DNA from: Kiritimatiellia bacterium
GTDB lineage: Bacteria; Verrucomicrobiota; Kiritimatiellia; UBA8416; JABMPJ01
Direction of reading: 5' to 3'
Length of the DNA: 64,000 nt
Assembly: GCA_030745755.1 (NCBI GenBank)
Contig: JASLOA010000041.1
Span: 6,515 to 70,514 of the forward strand
Under the pieces are notes generated by a model, which was not told where the DNA came from, made no database searches, and saw only the letters and a list, made by a program, of their open reading frames with translations. Shown piece by piece: positions 59,678 to 64,000 of this stretch (position 1 is the stretch's first letter; every line of letters starts with the position of its first letter). The position numbers were made by a program, and so were the translations under genes.

Positions 59678-60187
59678 ATGAAACGGATAATAGCGCTGGG
59701 TGTGGGTCTGATGGTTGTGGCTTCGACTGCAATGGCGGCGCAGCCGCTGATGGTGCAGGGGGTCCGTGAAATTGGCGTCAGCGGCATGCTGGATGATAAC
59801 GGTGAACACCTTGGGCTCACGCTCAATGGCCGTTTGGGCTATTTCGCCGTGGATGGCATTGAAGCGGGCGTTCGGGGCGGGGTCGCGCTGCGAGGCAGTG
59901 GCAGCCGCAACGTTACGGTCGGCGTGTTCTCTGAGTACAACTTCGATATTGGCGGTTCGCTGGTTCCTCATGCAGGACTGGGACTTGGCCTGGGGTGGTC
60001 CGATATCGGGACGAAGCACGACAGTTATGTTCAGATTGAGGCGTGGGGTGGAGCCAAGTACTTCTTCATCGACTATGCCGCATTCGGACTGGACGCGTGT
60101 CTGCTATACGCCACCGAAGATGTCTACAACGGCTACGATGATCCGATCGACTGGATCCTGCGCCTCAACACACGCTGGTTTTTTTAG
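59678..60187 (+). CDS. Small outer-membrane beta-barrel protein
   Basis: Signal peptide, amphipathic strands, GGAKYF, ends in RWFF. Confidence 0.75.
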   Translation: MKRIIALGVGLMVVASTAMAAQPLMVQGVREIGVSGMLDDNGEHLGLTLNGRLGYFAVDGIEAGVRGGVALRGSGSRNVTVGVFSEYNFDIGGSLVPHAGLGLGLGWSDIGTKHDSYVQIEAWGGAKYFFIDYAAFGLDACLLYATEDVYNGYDDPIDWILRLNTRWFF

Positions 60188-60210
60188 CCGATCATGCGTG
60201 AGCGAGAGCT

Positions 60211-60237
60211 GGTAGGGCCCGCTGCGGAGAGCGGGCC
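60211..60237 (+). repeat. GTAG-family REP
   Basis: GGTAGGGCCCGCTGCGGAGAGCGGGCC. Confidence 0.7.
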
Positions 60238-60261
60238 CGGCCGATCCTTCTCGGACAAACG

Positions 60262-61080
60262 CTAGAACGTCAGTCCTGCCTGGACCGAGATGCGCTCCAC
60301 GTCACTGGCGCGCGGGTTGTCGGCACCATCATCGGCCTGGTAGTTGGCATACTTGGCGATGAGAGTCAGGCGATCATTGCATTTCTTGGTTGCCACGACG
60401 TCAATCTCGTCACCGTACGAGATGCTGCCTTCATCCGACTGGAAGTCGTGGTAGACGATCTTGATGGCGGGCATGAAGTCCTTCGGGCACTTCACGTTGA
60501 TGTAGGCGTAGGTGTCCTGGAGTCCGGCTGCCGGGGCGGTCAGAAAGACATCGGCCCAGCCATTGAATTTGTGGCCGGTGGCCAGGGGCGTGCGGAACTG
60601 GCTCCCGTTGTCACTGCCGAGCAGTTCATACCCCGCACCAATGCCGATGTTCTCAAGGCCTGCCGAGAGGTCGGCCATGATGTACTCGGCATCATAGTCC
60701 ACGCCGGCTGACGTGCCGTCGTTATCGCTCTGGCGAGCGTACCCAAGCTGAAGCCCGGTCTTGACGCCGCTCTCAAGGGTGTGCCCTATCTGGCCACTGA
60801 TGCCGTAGGTGTCGCTCGAGTTGGCCTCACCAACTGCGCCGGGCCCCAGGTCGAGCAGGTAGGCGTAGGCTGTGGCCGTGAAGTGATCACAGGGCGAGAA
60901 GGCAAGATTCACGAGGTGTGAGTCCGAATCATAGGTGGCAGCATTCCCCGCAGCGCCCTCGGGTTCAGAGCCGTTGGCCTGCCCAAAGATGCGGCGTACG
61001 GAATCGATGTAAGCATAGCTCAGCTTCAAGCCGGCTACTTCAGGCGCGTCGACGCGAACGGCGTCGTAGGTCTGCTCATT
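60262..61080 (-). pseudogene. 5'-truncated alginate-export-family (AlgE-like) outer-membrane protein
   Basis: NEQTYDA, FRTPLATGHKFNGWADVFL, GLQD.Y and YHDF motifs, terminal Phe; no signal peptide, in-frame stop at 61090-61092. Confidence 0.7.
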
Positions 61081-61792
61081 TCTGTGGGTCTACTACGGCT
61101 ACCCGGCTTCACACTACGAGGGCATCAATGTGGAAGACTCGCGCAACCGCTGTGGAGCCGCCCTGGCCAGGAACGACAACTACGAGGTCGATATCGTGGC
61201 GGGGATTCCCGATTCCGGTACGGCCCATGCCATCGGCTATGCCATCGAGGCAGGTGTGCCGTACCGTCGGCCGTTCGTGAAATATACCCCCACGTGGCCG
61301 CGCAGTTTCATGCCCCAGGTGCAGGAGATTCGCGATCTCGTGGCACGCATGAAGCTGATCCCCATTCCTGAGCTGATCAAGGGCCAACGCCTGCTGTTCT
61401 GCGAGGATTCGATCGTACGTGGCACGCAACTGCAGGATATTGTGCAGCGCGTCTTCGACTACGGGGCCAGGGAGGTCCACATGCGGCCGGCCTGTCCGCC
61501 GCTGGTTTACGGGTGCAAGTATCTCAACTTCTCGCGTTCGCGCTCGATTCTTGATCTCGCCACGCGCAAGGCCATTCGCGAGATAGAGGGCAGTGAGAAT
61601 ACGGACAAGCCTGAGGTCTACGCGGACTGCACCACACCTGAGTATGCGGAGATGATTGAGCGGATCCGGGTCCGCCTCAGACTTTCATCGCTGCAGTTCC
61701 AGAAGCTGGATGACCTCGTGGACGCGATTGGCCTGCCCAAGAAGAAGCTCTGCACCTATTGCTGGGATGGGTGTGAAGGCTGCAAGAAGTAG
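61070..61792 (+). pseudogene. purF: 5'-truncated amidophosphoribosyltransferase (PRTase half only)
   Basis: VCSFLWVYYGYP, GIPDSG, EDSIVRGT, RPACPP and LCTYCWDG motifs; glutaminase domain missing. Confidence 0.85.
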
Positions 61793-61801
61793 TTGGACCG
61801 C

Positions 61802-61829
61802 TTGACAGCTTCTCCCTTCGGCGTATACT
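61802..61829 (+). promoter_or_regulatory. sigma70 promoter
   Basis: TTGACA-N16-TATACT about 20 nt upstream of the ATG at 61850. Confidence 0.65.
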
Positions 61830-61849
61830 GAAGGTCGGAGGCAGGCATC

Positions 61850-63856
61850 ATGGTGCGGTGGTTGGCGGACAGAATTCGCGCGTCGTTGGCAGTGCGACTT
61901 GCACTGCTAACCGGCGGGCTGCTGTCGTTAGCGGCGGCGATGACCGGCATCATCCTTTTCACCACTGGCCGTCAATTGCTTCAGGATCAGATCCGCTCAA
62001 GTCTGACGGGGATGGCATGCGCCCGCGCGGCGGAGATTGCCGGTGTCGTTGAGCAGGATTATGAGCGCACCGCGCTGATTGCATCACGTACGCGTTTGCG
62101 TGAATACCTGGTCAATGTGAACAGTGGCATTGACGTTGAAGCCAACCGGGCCCGGATGAAGCGTATTCTGACGGACGCAATCGAGTCTGTAGATGCTATT
62201 CACTATACGGAGGTGCTGGATACAGAGCACACACGCATCGTGGAGGCCGGCGAGCATGTGGGTCGCAGTGGCCCTGCTCCTGTGTCTCTTTGCCGGGCCG
62301 GCCAGGAGGACTTCATACATGGGGACTGGTACCTCCTCGAGGGTCTGTTGCACTGCGACGTGTATGGCCCGCTGGTGAACCCTCTCTCCGGGGAAGACGA
62401 GGTCATAGGCGTCATTCGCACCACCTTCAGCGTTGAGCGCATCCTCTACATTCTGGCGGACTACACGGGGCTGGGGGAGACGGGCGAGTTAGTGCTTGGG
62501 CTGCAGGAGGGTGGACGAATCGTGACGTTGGGGCCGCGCCGCCATGATACGAAGAAGGACCTCAAGCGCGACCTCCCCGAAAGGCCGGGCGAAGGTGTGG
62601 CACTGCGTCGTGCGGCAGTGGGAGCGCGCGGGTTCCTGGAAGACTACCTGGATTACCGGGGCGTCCGTACACTGGCAGCCTACATGGCTGCACCGGCGGG
62701 TAACTACTTCCTGGTGGCCAAGATTGACCGCGCAGAGGCCCTGGCTCCCGTCAACCGTTTGGCCGTGCTGGGCGGGCTGACAGGCGTGGCTATTATTCTG
62801 TTTGGACTGGTGTGTTCGGTGTGGTTTGCACGGGTCCTGGTGCGTCCGGTCCGTGCACTGGACCGCGCTACCCAGGTACTTGCCGATGGGAATTTTGCGC
62901 ATCGCGTCCCGCTGTTCGGGACCGACGAGATCGGTCGTCTTGCGCAGTCGTTCAACAACATGGTCAGACGGATCAAGGAAATCACCGCCTCGCGTGATGA
63001 ATTGAACCGCGAGATCCAAGAGCGTAAGCGTGCTGAGGAGAGACTGGAAGACAGGAATCTGTCCATGAGGGAGGATCTCGACATGGCGCGGGACATCCAG
63101 GCGGCCCTCCTCCCGCGCAAGCAGATCGCGTTTCGCAGCAGTACTGTGGGTGGGCAGAACGTCTTGAACTTCGCTCATTTCTACCGCCCCTCCCTGGCGC
63201 TGGGCGGCGACTTTTTCCAGGTGATTCCGCTTTCGGACCACTCCGCCGCCGCCATCGTGTGTGATGTCATGGGGCACGGGGTTCGCTCCGCACTGGTGAC
63301 GGCCATCTTTCGCGGGATGCTGGAGGGACGCCGCCAGGACCTGGGCGATCCTGCGCAAGTGCTGTGCCGGCTGAATCGCGGCCTGATGACGGTACTCTCC
63401 CAGCCTGAGCAGTTCACGTTGGTGTCCGCTGCGTGCCTCGTCTTTGACCTGCGCCTGGCGCGCGCAGCCTGCGCCAATGCCGGGCATCCGTCTCCCTATG
63501 TGATCAACGGTGCGACCGGTAGCGTTTCGCCGCTGGGACCGGATGGTGATGGCGTGGGACCGGCACTTGGCACGGACCCGAATCCGTTCTACGAGGTCAG
63601 CTACCACAGCATGCGCGAAGATGACCGGTTCTTGCTCTACACGGATGGGCTGTTTGAGGTATCTCCCCCGGGGCGCGATGAGTTTCTCGGGCAGGAGAGG
63701 TTCGTTGATATGATCAAGAAGCATGCGGCGGAACCGCTGCAGGAGATGATCGATGGCCTTGTGCGTGAACTGGAAACGTACCGGGGCGGGGCGGAGTTCG
63801 ATGACGATCTCTGCCTGCTGGGAGTTGAGCTGGGATCGCTCAAAGCGGAGATCTAA
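61850..63856 (+). CDS. Membrane sensor PP2C/SpoIIE (RsbU-like) phosphatase with Cache-like and HAMP domains
   Basis: Two TMs, DYRG, DEIG.LA.SFN, GGDFF, DVMGHG, NAGHP, YTDGL and DDL motifs. Confidence 0.92.
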   Translation: MVRWLADRIRASLAVRLALLTGGLLSLAAAMTGIILFTTGRQLLQDQIRSSLTGMACARAAEIAGVVEQDYERTALIASRTRLREYLVNVNSGIDVEANRARMKRILTDAIESVDAIHYTEVLDTEHTRIVEAGEHVGRSGPAPVSLCRAGQEDFIHGDWYLLEGLLHCDVYGPLVNPLSGEDEVIGVIRTTFSVERILYILADYTGLGETGELVLGLQEGGRIVTLGPRRHDTKKDLKRDLPERPGEGVALRRAAVGARGFLEDYLDYRGVRTLAAYMAAPAGNYFLVAKIDRAEALAPVNRLAVLGGLTGVAIILFGLVCSVWFARVLVRPVRALDRATQVLADGNFAHRVPLFGTDEIGRLAQSFNNMVRRIKEITASRDELNREIQERKRAEERLEDRNLSMREDLDMARDIQAALLPRKQIAFRSSTVGGQNVLNFAHFYRPSLALGGDFFQVIPLSDHSAAAIVCDVMGHGVRSALVTAIFRGMLEGRRQDLGDPAQVLCRLNRGLMTVLSQPEQFTLVSAACLVFDLRLARAACANAGHPSPYVINGATGSVSPLGPDGDGVGPALGTDPNPFYEVSYHSMREDDRFLLYTDGLFEVSPPGRDEFLGQERFVDMIKKHAAEPLQEMIDGLVRELETYRGGAEFDDDLCLLGVELGSLKAEI

Positions 63857-64000
63857 TGGCTGAGTCATCTGTACAGGTGTGCGTAGGTGATCAAGAGGCC
63901 GTGATCAAGGCCTGCGGACGTATGACGTTCGTGGAAGCGCATCCGCTTCGCAAGTTCTGCGTGCGCATGATGAAGCAGGGCGTGAAGCGCTACATCATAA
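63856..64000 (+). CDS. STAS-domain anti-sigma antagonist, N-terminal part (runs off the window end)
   Basis: MAESSVQVCVGDQEAVIKACGRMTFVEAHPLRKF...; ATG overlaps the phosphatase stop. Confidence 0.65.
   Translation, partial: MAESSVQVCVGDQEAVIKACGRMTFVEAHPLRKFCVRMMKQGVKRYII

Overview
GC-rich bacterial chromosomal window. Gene content and style suggest a PVC-superphylum organism such as Kiritimatiellota/Lentisphaerota; this is inference only. From left to right: the 3' end of rsmE; a minus-strand run rpsU, TIM-barrel protein, gmd, rmd-like reductase, flippase-like protein, citrate synthase, polyprenol-P-mannose synthase, UbiA-type phosphoribosyltransferase and a giant DUF2723/TMEM260-like GT-C protein (candidate lipid-linked protein glycosylation); ugd, hisI, a LexA-like repressor with a visible operator, a VapBC pair, a SWIM-SNF2 helicase, def, parA, leuCD, dtd, a 189-nt rod-like hairpin, an NMP kinase and a parvulin; an LPS/surface-glycan locus (kinase-GH fusion, msbA-like, GH2, RelBE, sialyltransferase-like, pyruvyltransferase, GT2, two Cys-tailed GT9s, HldA-like kinase); a pilin; a polyol-type sugar cluster; a 10-gene operon combining a tandem Cys-substituted ModA, ModBC, MoaD, two E1 enzymes, TauE, a split MacB/Lol-type ABC system and an unknown exported protein, with no Moco genes (top candidate for an undescribed system); tRNA-Glu(CTC) with a GIY-YIG remnant; lipA, prmA, pckG; a back-to-back truncated AlgE-like/purF junction with microhomology; and a PP2C-STAS module. 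Intergenic DNA is full of nested palindromic repeats, including REP doublets with unique spacers of 17-19 nt. All calls come from motif reading by eye; no database searches were run.
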